DNA from: Chthoniobacterales bacterium
GTDB lineage: Bacteria; Verrucomicrobiota; Verrucomicrobiia; Chthoniobacterales; UBA10450
Assembly (NCBI GenBank): GCA_038233435.1
Contig: JBBSLZ010000001.1
Span: forward strand, 1 to 50,359
Reading direction: 5' to 3'
DNA length: 50,359 nucleotides
The position numbers and the translations under genes were made by a program. Below, in pieces: positions 34,089-43,183 of this stretch (positions are counted from its first letter, which is position 1; each line of letters opens with the position of its first letter). Under the pieces are notes generated by a model, which had not been told where the DNA came from, did no database searches, and saw only the letters and a list, made by a program, of their open reading frames with translations.

Positions 34089-35434
34089 CCGGTCCGCGCT
34101 CGTCTCCGCAAAGCGATCAACCCGGCCACCCAGAGCGCGAGGGTCGCATACAGAGGCACCCCGAAATCCCGCAACCAGTAGTTTGTAAATGGCAACGAAA
34201 CCGTCAGATCCGCCGCGATCGAGAGCGAGAAAAGCGCCAGGTAACCTGGCCCAATCCACGGGAAAGGATGCCGTTCCCAGGCATCGGCTAGCAGCGCCAT
34301 GACCAGCGGAATGGCAAAGATGAAATAGTGCACGTGGCAGACCGGACTGATCGGCAACATGATCACGATCAACCCGCCTAGGAATAAAACCTCCGCGATC
34401 GCATCGCCCGGCCGGCGCCGCCAGCCCGCCGCCAGCGTGAGCAAAGTAACCAGCCCTCCGATCGCCCAATGCACGGCGCGGACGGTGGCGCTGTTATCGG
34501 GCGGACGCGTGGCGCGGCTCGGATGCGAAAGATTATGCAGCACAACCATGAAAGCCTGCGAACCGGTGCGGGTGGCAGTGGTTAACTCGTGCGCGCGGGT
34601 GGTATCGGTGCCGATGCGCAAACCCGGCCGCAGGACCGCCTGATCAAAGTGACGATAAGTGGCCCAGGTCTGCGCTGGACCGAGCACCGCCAGCGGGATC
34701 AGGAGCAAACCGAAAAGCAAGCCCACCGCCGCTCCTGACAACGCGCGCACGTCCCTCCGCAGCACCGGGTAGATGAGGAGAAAGGCTGGGAAGACTTTGA
34801 TGCAAATGGTGCCTGCCAGGCAAAGGCCGGCGCGGAAACATCGGCGCCCGAGGAAGAGCGCGATCATGCCGCAAAACAGAAGCAGGACGAAAGTGTTCGA
34901 TTGGCCGCGGGAAAGCGTCCGGCCCACCGGCATCAGGCAAAGCAGGATCGGCCAAAGCCGGATTGTCCACCAATGGCGCGAGAAACGCGGCGGCGCGCGA
35001 CCCGCCGGCCCCGCGCGTTCCAAGGCGCTCGCCAGCCAATCCACCGCCAGCCAAAGCGCCACCACGCTGAGCACATACCAGATCGCCACCGTCACCGGAA
35101 AGGGTAGCATCCCGCTTTCATCCGAACCGGGCGGCGGACTGGCGAAAGGGGTCATCGCGATCGCGAAGAGCGGCGGGTAATTATAATGCCAGCCATTCGT
35201 TTCCGTGACCGCATACATATCGAGCCCTTGCCGAACCGCCCACGCGCCGCGCAGGAAGCAATCCACGTCCGTCATCCGCCTTTTCAAGAAAGCGGAACGC
35301 ATCTCCACCACCGCGCCGAAGGCGAGGACGGCGACAAGGAAGAGCCACAGCAACGCCTTCTCCCAACCCGCCAGCCACGACGGCTTAGCGCCGGCCGGCG
35401 GCACGGGCGCGGAAGGAACGGGTGGAGAAAACAT
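34052..35434 (-). CDS. GT87/DUF2029-family integral-membrane glycosyltransferase (GT-C type)
   Basis: 460 aa and more than 10 TM helices. Early loop motif GWHYNYPPLFAIAMTPF is as recalled for DUF2029 proteins. Confidence 0.65.
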   Translation of the reverse strand: MFSPPVPSAPVPPAGAKPSWLAGWEKALLWLFLVAVLAFGAVVEMRSAFLKRRMTDVDCFLRGAWAVRQGLDMYAVTETNGWHYNYPPLFAIAMTPFASPPPGSDESGMLPFPVTVAIWYVLSVVALWLAVDWLASALERAGPAGRAPPRFSRHWWTIRLWPILLCLMPVGRTLSRGQSNTFVLLLFCGMIALFLGRRCFRAGLCLAGTICIKVFPAFLLIYPVLRRDVRALSGAAVGLLFGLLLIPLAVLGPAQTWATYRHFDQAVLRPGLRIGTDTTRAHELTTATRTGSQAFMVVLHNLSHPSRATRPPDNSATVRAVHWAIGGLVTLLTLAAGWRRRPGDAIAEVLFLGGLIVIMLPISPVCHVHYFIFAIPLVMALLADAWERHPFPWIGPGYLALFSLSIAADLTVSLPFTNYWLRDFGVPLYATLALWVAGLIALRRRARTGYGAERAAITSA

Positions 35435-35480
35435 GGCGCCGAAAGCGGATACTCGATTCCGCCCCAGCGCGCGAGCGAAA

Positions 35481-35514
35481 GGTAGGGTCGCCGCGCTGCG
35501 GTGACCAGGACGCG
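35481..35514 (+). repeat. REP unit (GTAGGG-TCGCC type)
   Basis: GGTAGGGTCGCCGCGCTGCGGTGACCAGGACGCG. A degenerate inverted partner (CCGCGCCGTCCCTACC) lies at 35607-35622. Confidence 0.8.
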
Positions 35515-35673
35515 TCGCGCCCGCGAGACCATCCGTGCTAGCAAAGACGCACCAGTTTGTCCCCTTTCCCTCTCGCGCCAGGGATCGCCCGCACGGTCCA
35601 GAGCCACCGCGCCGTCCCTACCGCAGCTTGGACGGGAGCGCTCAGGCGTGACACGCTCCCGGTTGCCTCCCGA

Positions 35674-36873
35674 ATGAAAACGCCGCGCCGCCTGAACACC
35701 TTCCAATCGCTCATGCGCGCCTGGACCGAGCTGGCGCCGTATAGTTTCATCCACGCCGTCCGGTTGGAGGAGCCGGCGGATGCGGCGCGCTGGCACGCCG
35801 CGGTCAGGGCGGTCCTGCCCGTGCTGGAGTTGGACCCGCGCTCGTTCTCAATCGAATCACCGGCCGTGCCGATCGATGTGCATCTGGCGGCGGAGTTGAA
35901 CCGCCCCTTCGCGCCCGGCGACCTGCCGTTGCGTTTTTTCCTCCTCCCCGCGGAGGGCAGCGGACATTGGTTCGGCGTCGTGATCGATCACTGGTTCGCG
36001 GACGATTTCACTGCCCGCGCCTGGCTACAGTGGATAGTGGACGGTTACCACGGAACCGGATCGGTTCCGCCGCCCGTCGGCTCTTTCTGGGCCGAGCGTC
36101 CACCGCGCGGGCGCGGTTGGTGGATGGAAGGAATGAATCTTTTGCAACAAGGCGCCGCGCTTCGTTCGGCCCGCCGCATCCCGTTACGCGACCCGCTCGA
36201 TTTCACCGTTGGCGTCCTGCGCGCCGAACTGCCGGCAGAGACGCTGGAGGCCGCGCGCCAGTGCGCGCGCGAAGCAGGCGCCACTGTCCACGACGTCTTT
36301 CTGGCCGCCGCCGCGCAAGCCTGCGCGCAGCTGCGGCCGGCCGCGCCGGGCTCCCGGCGGGATGGCCTCGGGCTGGCCTCCGCGATTGATTTGCGGCGCT
36401 TTGAAACCAGCGCGGCGGGGAACACGGGCGGGCTCCTGATTAGCCAGTATGTGATCGTGGAAACCCGGCCGGACGAAGTGCCCATGCCTGATTTGGTGGC
36501 ACGGATCGCGCGGAAGACGCGCCTGCTGAAAGCTGCCTCTGGACGAGCAGTTCTTTGCGCGGGGCTGCTCTTCTGGCGTTTGAGTCGAACCCCGTGGGCG
36601 AAGGCGACTCTCCACCTGCGCGGCGCGCCGCTCGCGGCCGGCCTCTCAAATGTAAACCTGAGCGGAAGCTGGCTCGAGCAGGCGCCAATCGCGGAGTTCC
36701 GCCGCGTCGCTCCGGCCGGGCCGGCGGTGCCTTTCGTTTTCATGATCACGACCTGGCGCGGCCGGATCGCGGTGGATGCCACCTACCGGACAACTGCTTT
36801 CTCGCGACCGGAGGCGGAACGTTTGCTGGAAGATTTTGCGCAGCGCCTCCAGCCAGCGGAGAGAGCGGGATGA
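35674..36873 (+). CDS. Condensation-domain-like (HHxxxDG-superfamily) acyltransferase, putative
   Basis: About 399 aa from ATG 35674. VIDHWFADDFT sits where condensation and WS-DGAT/PapA5-type enzymes carry HHxxxDG. The stop overlaps the next start (ATGA). The family call is tentative. Confidence 0.5.
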   Translation: MKTPRRLNTFQSLMRAWTELAPYSFIHAVRLEEPADAARWHAAVRAVLPVLELDPRSFSIESPAVPIDVHLAAELNRPFAPGDLPLRFFLLPAEGSGHWFGVVIDHWFADDFTARAWLQWIVDGYHGTGSVPPPVGSFWAERPPRGRGWWMEGMNLLQQGAALRSARRIPLRDPLDFTVGVLRAELPAETLEAARQCAREAGATVHDVFLAAAAQACAQLRPAAPGSRRDGLGLASAIDLRRFETSAAGNTGGLLISQYVIVETRPDEVPMPDLVARIARKTRLLKAASGRAVLCAGLLFWRLSRTPWAKATLHLRGAPLAAGLSNVNLSGSWLEQAPIAEFRRVAPAGPAVPFVFMITTWRGRIAVDATYRTTAFSRPEAERLLEDFAQRLQPAERAG

Positions 36874-38141
36874 GTTCGCCGGAAGTGATCGCGCCCGCCG
36901 GACGCGAGCTCTGGGCGCGGCGCGCGCTCTGCGTCGGCGCGGTGCTGGTGGTGCTGGCCTGCGCTTTCCGCGCGCTCACTCGGGTGAGCGATGGCGATTT
37001 CAAGTTGCACTGGGAATTCGGACGCCGTTTTCTGGCCGGGGAATTTCTTTACAGCGGCGGGATGCATCTGCCTTATCCGCCGTTCTGGGCGATGGCGCAT
37101 GCGCCATTTGCGCTCTTCTCGATGCCGGTGGCGAAGGCGCTTTTCTTTCCGCTCGGCGTGGCGGCGCTTTGCCTTCTTCTCTGGCTACTGCGGGCACTGG
37201 CGGGCCCGGCATTTTCCCTAGACCGGAGCCGCGCTTTCTGGGTGGCGACAATCGCGCTCTTCCTCGCCAGCCGATATGTCCTGCGCGATCTGGCGGAGCT
37301 GGGCGTGAACTCGCTCCTGGTCGCGTTAACCTGGCTGGCTATCTATCTTTGGACGCAGCGGCGCGAATTCCTCGCCGGCACGACCTTGGGGTTTGCGATC
37401 GCGTTAAAATGCACGCCCGTCATTTTCGCCGGCTATTTTCTCTGGAAACGGCAGTGGCGGATGTTTGCGCTGAGCAGTGGCGCGGCTCTGCTTTTCACGC
37501 TTGCTCCGATTCTCTGGCAAGGGCCTGCCACCTATCGCGATCATCTCGCCACCTGGTCGGCAAATGTCTGGCGCGGCTTCGGCAGCGTGAATCCATCGGT
37601 CGGCGTGCTCGGGCCGGAGCCGTTGCAAAACATGGCGTTGCGCCCGGCTTTGGCGCGCTATCTGATCCGGCTGCCGGAGGGACATCCGGGCCGCGCGGAG
37701 CATCCGCTTTACGTGGATGTGTTCGCGCTTTCCCCGGGCGCGGCGGGCTGGGTAATCAAGGCCATCCTGCTGGGTTTGCTGGCCGGTGTTCTCTGGTGGT
37801 CGCGCGGGGCGATCGCGGACCGGCAAGCGCCGCGCTTGCTTTGGGAACTCTCCGCCCTCGCCATTTTGATGCTCCTCTTTTCGCCCATCACCTGGGGCCA
37901 ACACTCCGTCGCGCTCCTGCCGGCCTCTTATTTCATCGCCACTCTTTTCGTGACCCGTGGCCGCCTGCCGCGCTGGATGCTGGGCCTGCTCGGCGTTTAC
38001 ATTTTAGTCGTGCCGGTGCTGAGCCGGGACATCGTGGGACGCCCGTTCGCTCTCCTGCTCGGCAGCTACCACGTGGAGACTTTTGCCATCATCGGATTGC
38101 TGGCCGTGGTGGTGGGATGTGCTCGATTGCCTCGGACATGA
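36870..38141 (+). CDS. GT87/DUF2029-family integral-membrane glycosyltransferase, second copy
   Basis: About 423 aa from ATG 36870. FLYSGGMHLPYPPFWAMAHAPFALF motif and many TM helices. ATGA overlaps occur at both ends. Confidence 0.65.
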   Translation: MSSPEVIAPAGRELWARRALCVGAVLVVLACAFRALTRVSDGDFKLHWEFGRRFLAGEFLYSGGMHLPYPPFWAMAHAPFALFSMPVAKALFFPLGVAALCLLLWLLRALAGPAFSLDRSRAFWVATIALFLASRYVLRDLAELGVNSLLVALTWLAIYLWTQRREFLAGTTLGFAIALKCTPVIFAGYFLWKRQWRMFALSSGAALLFTLAPILWQGPATYRDHLATWSANVWRGFGSVNPSVGVLGPEPLQNMALRPALARYLIRLPEGHPGRAEHPLYVDVFALSPGAAGWVIKAILLGLLAGVLWWSRGAIADRQAPRLLWELSALAILMLLFSPITWGQHSVALLPASYFIATLFVTRGRLPRWMLGLLGVYILVVPVLSRDIVGRPFALLLGSYHVETFAIIGLLAVVVGCARLPRT

Positions 38142-40207
38142 GGGCGCCCAAAGTTTCCGTCTGCATCGATTCGTTTAACTACGGGCGCTTCCTCCCGGAG
38201 GCGATCGAGTCGGTCTTGCGGCAGAGCTGGCAGGACTTCGAGATCATCATTTCCGACGATCGTTCGACGGATAATTCGTTTGCGATCGCGCAACGCTACG
38301 CCGCCCAGGACAGCCGCATCCGCGCGGTCCAAAACGCGACCAATCTCGGGATGGTGAAGAACCGGAATGCCGGTCTGGCGCAGGCACGGGGCGAGTATGT
38401 GAAGACGCTCCACGCGGATGATTTTCTGGGTTCAACCGAAGCCATCGCGCAGATGGTGGCGGCGCTGGAGAGCAACCGCGCCATCAGCCTGGTGGCGGCG
38501 GCGCGCCAGATTGTGGATGAGCAGGGCCGGCCGCTGGAGACGTGGTCGTCATTGGAAGAACAAAAGCGGCCCTTGGCGGGCGTGACGGTGATTAATCGTT
38601 GTCTCTTCGAACAGCGGAACCTGATCGGCGGGCCGAGCGCGGTCATGTTCCGCCGCGCGCTCGCGGGGCGTGGTTTTGACGAAGCCTTCTTCGTCATGGC
38701 CGACCTCGAGATGTGGTTCCATCTCCTCGAGCAGGGCTGCTTTTTCTATCTCGCCGAGCCGCTCTGCGCCTTCCGCCAGCACGGCCGCCAGCAAACGGAA
38801 AAAGATCGCAGCGCGCTTGCCCCCGCCCTCGAAAACCGCGCCCTGCTCCAGCGTTACCTACACAAACGCTACGTCCGTTTGCGGCGCTGGATCTGGAAAT
38901 ACCTCGAGTACGATGCAGTCCGGCGCATTCTTCGGCGGAGCCGGAAGCTGGGTCTCGGCCGGGAGGAACTGGAAGCCGCCATGGCCGAGTATGGCGGCTG
39001 GCGAAAGTACCGCCGCGTGACCGCGAAGAATCTGTATCGCGAGACGCTCCTGAAGGTGCGCCGGCTTTATGAGCGCCATCTGCGGCGGCCGGTGCGCGTG
39101 GAAACCGCCACGCGGCCGAGCGGAATCAACCTGGCCGGGTTCGTGCAAAGCGAATTCGGGATCGGAGAATCGTCCCGCGCCTTCTGGCGCGCGGTGCAGG
39201 CGACGGGCTTGCCCTGCGTGCTCTGCAACGTCCGCAGCACCATGCACCGGAACCGCGACGAAAGCTTCGCTGAGTTCGCCGGGACGAATCCGTATCGGGT
39301 CAATCTGATGACCTTCTCCTTCGATTACGCGCGCCGGTTTGCCCGCGATATGGGGCCGCGCTTTTTCGCCGGCCGCCACAACATCGGCCTCTGGTATTGG
39401 GAGCAGGAACACTTCCCGGTCCGCTGGCATTCGGCCTTCGATTACTACGACGAAATCTGGGTGCCCTCCGATTTCACCCGCCAAGCGATCGCCGCCGTCT
39501 CGCCCATCCCGGTGCACCAGATCACCTACCCGTTTTACCTCGATGAATCCCAGGCGGTGGCCGATCGGAAGCGTTTCGGCTTGCCGGAGGATGCGTTCAT
39601 TTTTCTCTTCAACTTCGATTTCCTGAGCACGACTCACCGCAAAAATCCGGGCGCAGTGATCGATGCCTTCCGCCTCGCCTTCCGCGACGACGAGCGCGCG
39701 CTCCTGGTCATGAAATCGATCAACTGGGAGCACGACCGCGCCGGCCGCGCCGCCCTTGGCGAGCAAGCCGCGGGCGCGCGGGTGCTGTTCCTCGATCCGC
39801 ACCTGCCCGGCGCGGAAGTGAATGCGCTTTTCGCTTCGATCGATTCCTACGTCTCGCTTCATCGCTCGGAAGGTCTCGGGCTCGGGATGGCGCAGGCGAT
39901 GTATCTCGGCAAGCCGGTCATCGGCACCGGCTACTCGGGCAATCTGGAATTTATGAATGCGGAAAACAGCCTCCTGGTCAGGTACCGCATGACCGAGCTG
40001 GAGGAAGACTCCGGTCCCTACGAGCAAGGCACACATTGGGCCGCGCCGGAGGTGGAGCACGCCGCCGACCTGATGCGCTGGGTCTACGACCACCGCGCGG
40101 AAGGCGAGGCCCTCGGCCGCCGCGCCGCGCAAGACATCCGGCGGCAGCTCGATCCCGCCAAGACCGCGCGCCAGATTCAAGAGCGCGTGGAAGAGTTAGC
40201 CGGGTAG
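38138..40207 (+). CDS. Bifunctional GT2 (N-terminal) / GT4-like (C-terminal) glycosyltransferase
   Basis: 689 aa from ATG 38138. GT2 part: VSVCIDSFNYGRFLPEAIESVLRQSWQDFEIIISDDRSTDNS...HADD. C-terminal GT1-fold part: SLHRSEGLGLGMAQAMYLGKPVIGTGYSGNLEF. Confidence 0.8.
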   Translation: MRAPKVSVCIDSFNYGRFLPEAIESVLRQSWQDFEIIISDDRSTDNSFAIAQRYAAQDSRIRAVQNATNLGMVKNRNAGLAQARGEYVKTLHADDFLGSTEAIAQMVAALESNRAISLVAAARQIVDEQGRPLETWSSLEEQKRPLAGVTVINRCLFEQRNLIGGPSAVMFRRALAGRGFDEAFFVMADLEMWFHLLEQGCFFYLAEPLCAFRQHGRQQTEKDRSALAPALENRALLQRYLHKRYVRLRRWIWKYLEYDAVRRILRRSRKLGLGREELEAAMAEYGGWRKYRRVTAKNLYRETLLKVRRLYERHLRRPVRVETATRPSGINLAGFVQSEFGIGESSRAFWRAVQATGLPCVLCNVRSTMHRNRDESFAEFAGTNPYRVNLMTFSFDYARRFARDMGPRFFAGRHNIGLWYWEQEHFPVRWHSAFDYYDEIWVPSDFTRQAIAAVSPIPVHQITYPFYLDESQAVADRKRFGLPEDAFIFLFNFDFLSTTHRKNPGAVIDAFRLAFRDDERALLVMKSINWEHDRAGRAALGEQAAGARVLFLDPHLPGAEVNALFASIDSYVSLHRSEGLGLGMAQAMYLGKPVIGTGYSGNLEFMNAENSLLVRYRMTELEEDSGPYEQGTHWAAPEVEHAADLMRWVYDHRAEGEALGRRAAQDIRRQLDPAKTARQIQERVEELAG

Positions 40208-40233
40208 GGACCGCGCGCTGCGCGGTCCAGGCG
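40202..40233 (+). repeat. REP unit with a compensated stem
   Basis: GGGTAGGG-ACCGCG-cgctg-CGCGGT-CCAGGCG. Its GTAG supplies the TAG stop (40205-40207) of the preceding gene. Confidence 0.85.
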
Positions 40234-40250
40234 AGGTCTCATGCTTTGAG

Positions 40251-40766
40251 ATGAACGAGCCATCTCCAGCGTCACCCTTCGGCCCAAGGGCGGGCCGACT
40301 CCATTCCGCCAGCGAAGAAGTTTGTCGCGCGCGCGCCGAGGTGATAAGAGCGAGGGACCGCGAAAGAATCACGATGCTTACGCCCCCACCGGACCCCACT
40401 TCCGTGGAAAAGATCGCCACCTGGATCCGCGACGCGGCCACCGCGGATTCGTGGCAACCCGGCCACCATCTCCGCCCACCTTCCGGCGCCATGATGCTCG
40501 ATCTTCACCACGGCCCCATCCAGACCGCTTTGCAGCGCGCCCGGCGAAAAACTTTCGTCAAAATTGCGAAACCATTTCGCCGTTTCTTTCGCAATCAGGG
40601 CGCGGTCAATGACAGCATCCTCGAAGCGCTTCATCACCTCGCCCTTCAGAACGAAGAGCTGATCGAGGAGATCGGCCAACTGCGCGATGATCTCCGGCAG
40701 CTACGCCGCCGGAGCGGCTCGGCGCCGAAGGTTGAAAACGAGGCCGAGCCGGAATGCGAGTCGTAA
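40251..40766 (+). CDS. Hypothetical protein with a C-terminal coiled-coil-like segment
   Basis: 171-aa ORF, with an alternative start at MLTPPPDP. The tail reads LALQNEELIEEIGQLRDDLRQLRR. It overlaps the next gene by 13 nt. No family recognised. Confidence 0.45.
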   Translation: MNEPSPASPFGPRAGRLHSASEEVCRARAEVIRARDRERITMLTPPPDPTSVEKIATWIRDAATADSWQPGHHLRPPSGAMMLDLHHGPIQTALQRARRKTFVKIAKPFRRFFRNQGAVNDSILEALHHLALQNEELIEEIGQLRDDLRQLRRRSGSAPKVENEAEPECES

Positions 40767-41803
40767 TCGCCACGGTGCGGACGCCGTTTATCTACGGCGG
40801 CGCCGAGGTGCATGCGGATGGTCTGTTGAAAGCGCTCCTCGCCGCCGGCCATCAGGCGGACGTGGTCGCGCTCCCGTTTAATCCGAGCGAGGCGGACCGC
40901 ATTCCCGATCAGATGCTGGCCTGCCGGCTCTGGGATTTACGCGAGATCGATGGCGTGCCGGTGGATCGTTTGATCGCGCTGAAATTCCCCGCCTACCTCA
41001 TTCCGCATCCGCAAAAAGTGATCTGGCTCCTGCATCAACACCGCGCCGCCTACGATCTCTGGGAGCACGCGCTCGGCGGGCTGCGGGCTGCGCCGCGCGG
41101 GCGGATGGTGCGGGAGATGATTCAACGGGCCGATCGCCAGATGGGCGATGAGACCCGCGCCATTTTCGCCAACTCGGGGAACGTGGCGCGCCGGTTGCGA
41201 GACTTCTGCGGAGTCGACTCAGAGCCGCTCTATCATCCACCGGCGGAGGCGGAGTCGTTCTATTGCGCGGAGACGGTCGAAGATTATCTGCTCTATCCGA
41301 GCCGCCTTTCGCCCACGAAGCGGCAGGATCTCGTCATCCGGGCGCTCGCCCTAACGAGTGCGCCGGTGCGGATAAAACTGGCCGGCACGCCGGATAATCC
41401 CTCTTACGGCGAGAGCCTGCAACGGCTGGCGCGGGAGCTGGGCTTGGCTGGGCGGATCGAGTGGCTGGGATTTCTGACCGAACCGCAAAAACGCGAGGCC
41501 TACGCCCGCGCCCGCGGCGTCCTCTTTCCACCGCTGGATGAGGATTACGGCTACGTGACCCTGGAGGCAATGCTGGCTTCAAAGCCCGTCATCACCTGCA
41601 CGGATTCGGGCGGGCCGCTCGAATTTGTCCTCCATCAGAAAACAGGCTGGGTGGCGCCGCCGGAACCGGAAGCGCTCGCGGCCGCGATGGACGCGCTCTG
41701 GCAAAATCCCGAGGCCGCGCAGCGCTACGGGCGGGAAGCGCGGCGGCATTATGACGAGATGAATCTCTCCTGGTCGCACGTGGTGAAGACGCTCCTGGCA
41801 TGA
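40754..41803 (+). CDS. GT4-family glycosyltransferase
   Basis: 349 aa. MRVVIATVRTPFIYGGAEVHADGL N-terminus and C-terminal LFPPLDEDYGYVTLEAMLASKPVITCTDSGGPLEF. Confidence 0.8.
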   Translation: MRVVIATVRTPFIYGGAEVHADGLLKALLAAGHQADVVALPFNPSEADRIPDQMLACRLWDLREIDGVPVDRLIALKFPAYLIPHPQKVIWLLHQHRAAYDLWEHALGGLRAAPRGRMVREMIQRADRQMGDETRAIFANSGNVARRLRDFCGVDSEPLYHPPAEAESFYCAETVEDYLLYPSRLSPTKRQDLVIRALALTSAPVRIKLAGTPDNPSYGESLQRLARELGLAGRIEWLGFLTEPQKREAYARARGVLFPPLDEDYGYVTLEAMLASKPVITCTDSGGPLEFVLHQKTGWVAPPEPEALAAAMDALWQNPEAAQRYGREARRHYDEMNLSWSHVVKTLLA

Positions 41804-42612
41804 CGCTCAACTGGTTCTCCCCGCTCCCGCCGTCGCCCTCCGCGGTCGCTCGGCGGACGGCGGAGTTATTGCCAGCCTTGGCGCGGCGTGCGCGGGTGAT
41901 TCTTTGGACGCCGCTGCCAGGCTGGTCGGACGAACTCGAACGCGACGCCGAAGTCCGGCGCTATGATCCGGGAGCGATGCCGTGGACGGAGATCAACGCG
42001 GCCGACATGACGGTCTTCCATTTTTCCAATCAACTGGAGGATGACATCTCCGCCTGGCGGGTAAACCAGCAGCATCCCGGTCTGGTCGTGCTCCACGCGG
42101 AGAATTTTCAGGCGTTCTTCGCCGGCCAGTTGCGGAATGGAAGCATGGCTTCGGAGGCTTATCTCCAGTTGATGGATTTCCATTATCCGATCGGGGGCCG
42201 GGAGGCGGCGGAAGCCGCTCTGCGCGGTGAAAGCATCAGCGCCGATTACTCGTTAACCGGAGCCATGATCGCAAATGCGCTCGGCGTGGCGGTGACGTAT
42301 CCTCAGGCGATGGCGCAATTGAGCGAGCTGGCGGATGTGCCGGTGGCGCTTCTGCCTTTCGGAGCTAATTCGTCCACCGACTCCCTCGTCGACGGTCTGC
42401 GGGCCTTGATCGAAGAGACGCGGGCGAATGAAGCGCGCGCCGCGGTTTACTGGACGGCGGGCCGGGCGGGCCGGCAAATGGCGACTTGGTTCAGCGAGCG
42501 AACGGCTCGTTTTTTCCTCCCGCGCCTGGCGGCACAAATTAAATTTCTCGGCCAGGACATCGCAAAACCGATGCGCGCCGCGCCACCCTGCCGCACAATC
42601 CAAAACCAATGA
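41800..42612 (+). CDS. Hypothetical protein; the N-terminus resembles the acceptor half of GT4-like enzymes
   Basis: 270 aa, with an ATGA overlap with the previous gene. LNWFSPLPPSPSAVARRTAELLPALARRARVILWT resembles glycosyltransferase N-termini. No EX7E-type C-terminal motif was seen. Confidence 0.5.
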   Translation: MTLNWFSPLPPSPSAVARRTAELLPALARRARVILWTPLPGWSDELERDAEVRRYDPGAMPWTEINAADMTVFHFSNQLEDDISAWRVNQQHPGLVVLHAENFQAFFAGQLRNGSMASEAYLQLMDFHYPIGGREAAEAALRGESISADYSLTGAMIANALGVAVTYPQAMAQLSELADVPVALLPFGANSSTDSLVDGLRALIEETRANEARAAVYWTAGRAGRQMATWFSERTARFFLPRLAAQIKFLGQDIAKPMRAAPPCRTIQNQ

Positions 42613-42682
42613 GTGGCAAACTGCGCGCCTTTCTGGGCCTCTTTTCTAGCGGCCTCTGCTGAGGGCCTTTCGACCGCGTTCC

Positions 42683-43039
42683 GTGCTAGCCTTCACGATT
42701 GACCGAATGAACGATCGTCCGCCATCCATCCGCACTTTCCGGGAAACGATGCGCGCGTTCGCCGCGGCGTGGTTGGTGGCGAGCTTGCTCCTGGCTGGCC
42801 TGCTCGCATCGTCGCCGCAGCTCCACCAATCGCTACACAAGGATAGCAACCGCCTCTCGCACGAATGCGCCGGAACGCTGCTCGCTTCCGGCAGCCTAAA
42901 GCATTCGGCCTGCGAACCGTCATCCGTGGCGCCGCAGCTGCTTCCGGGCACCACAATTTCCCAGACGCCGAGCGTCATCCATTTGGCGGCTCTCCTCGCG
43001 TTCACACAACGCGAGCACGCGCCGCCCGCCCTCTCCTAA
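42683..43039 (+). CDS. Small membrane protein with His/Cys-rich motif upstream of the TonB receptor
   Basis: 118-aa ORF (later starts are possible). One TM helix (AAAWLVASLLLAGLLA), then SPQLHQSLHKDSNRLSHECAG. The function is unknown. Confidence 0.4.
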   Translation: MLAFTIDRMNDRPPSIRTFRETMRAFAAAWLVASLLLAGLLASSPQLHQSLHKDSNRLSHECAGTLLASGSLKHSACEPSSVAPQLLPGTTISQTPSVIHLAALLAFTQREHAPPALS

Positions 43040-43080
43040 GCGCAGGCGTTCGCCGCCTCCGGTACGGCAACTCGCTCCTC

Positions 43081-43106
43081 GTAGCGCTCGTCTGCGCAGA
43101 CGCAGC
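43081..43106 (+). repeat. Solo REP-like unit
   Basis: GTAGCG-CTC-GTCTGC|GCAGAC-GC. GTAG is followed by a perfect 12-nt palindrome. Confidence 0.6.
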
Positions 43107-43183
43107 CCCATGCGGTCTTCACCTGTCGTGAAGCACCGCCGTTTCTGTCCTGCAGTCAGTCCATTTCAATTAGGAGATTTAGT

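Noticed and set aside
36776-40207. 1143-aa ORF in the track spanning the GT87 gene and the GT2-GT4 gene
   Set aside because: The first about 450 residues are Arg/Ala/Gly-rich nonsense read in an alternative frame of the GT87 gene (36870-38141). Recognisable protein sequence starts only at ATG 38138 (MRAPKVSVCIDSFNYG...), which overlaps the GT87 stop as ATGA. Long open alternative frames are expected at this G+C.
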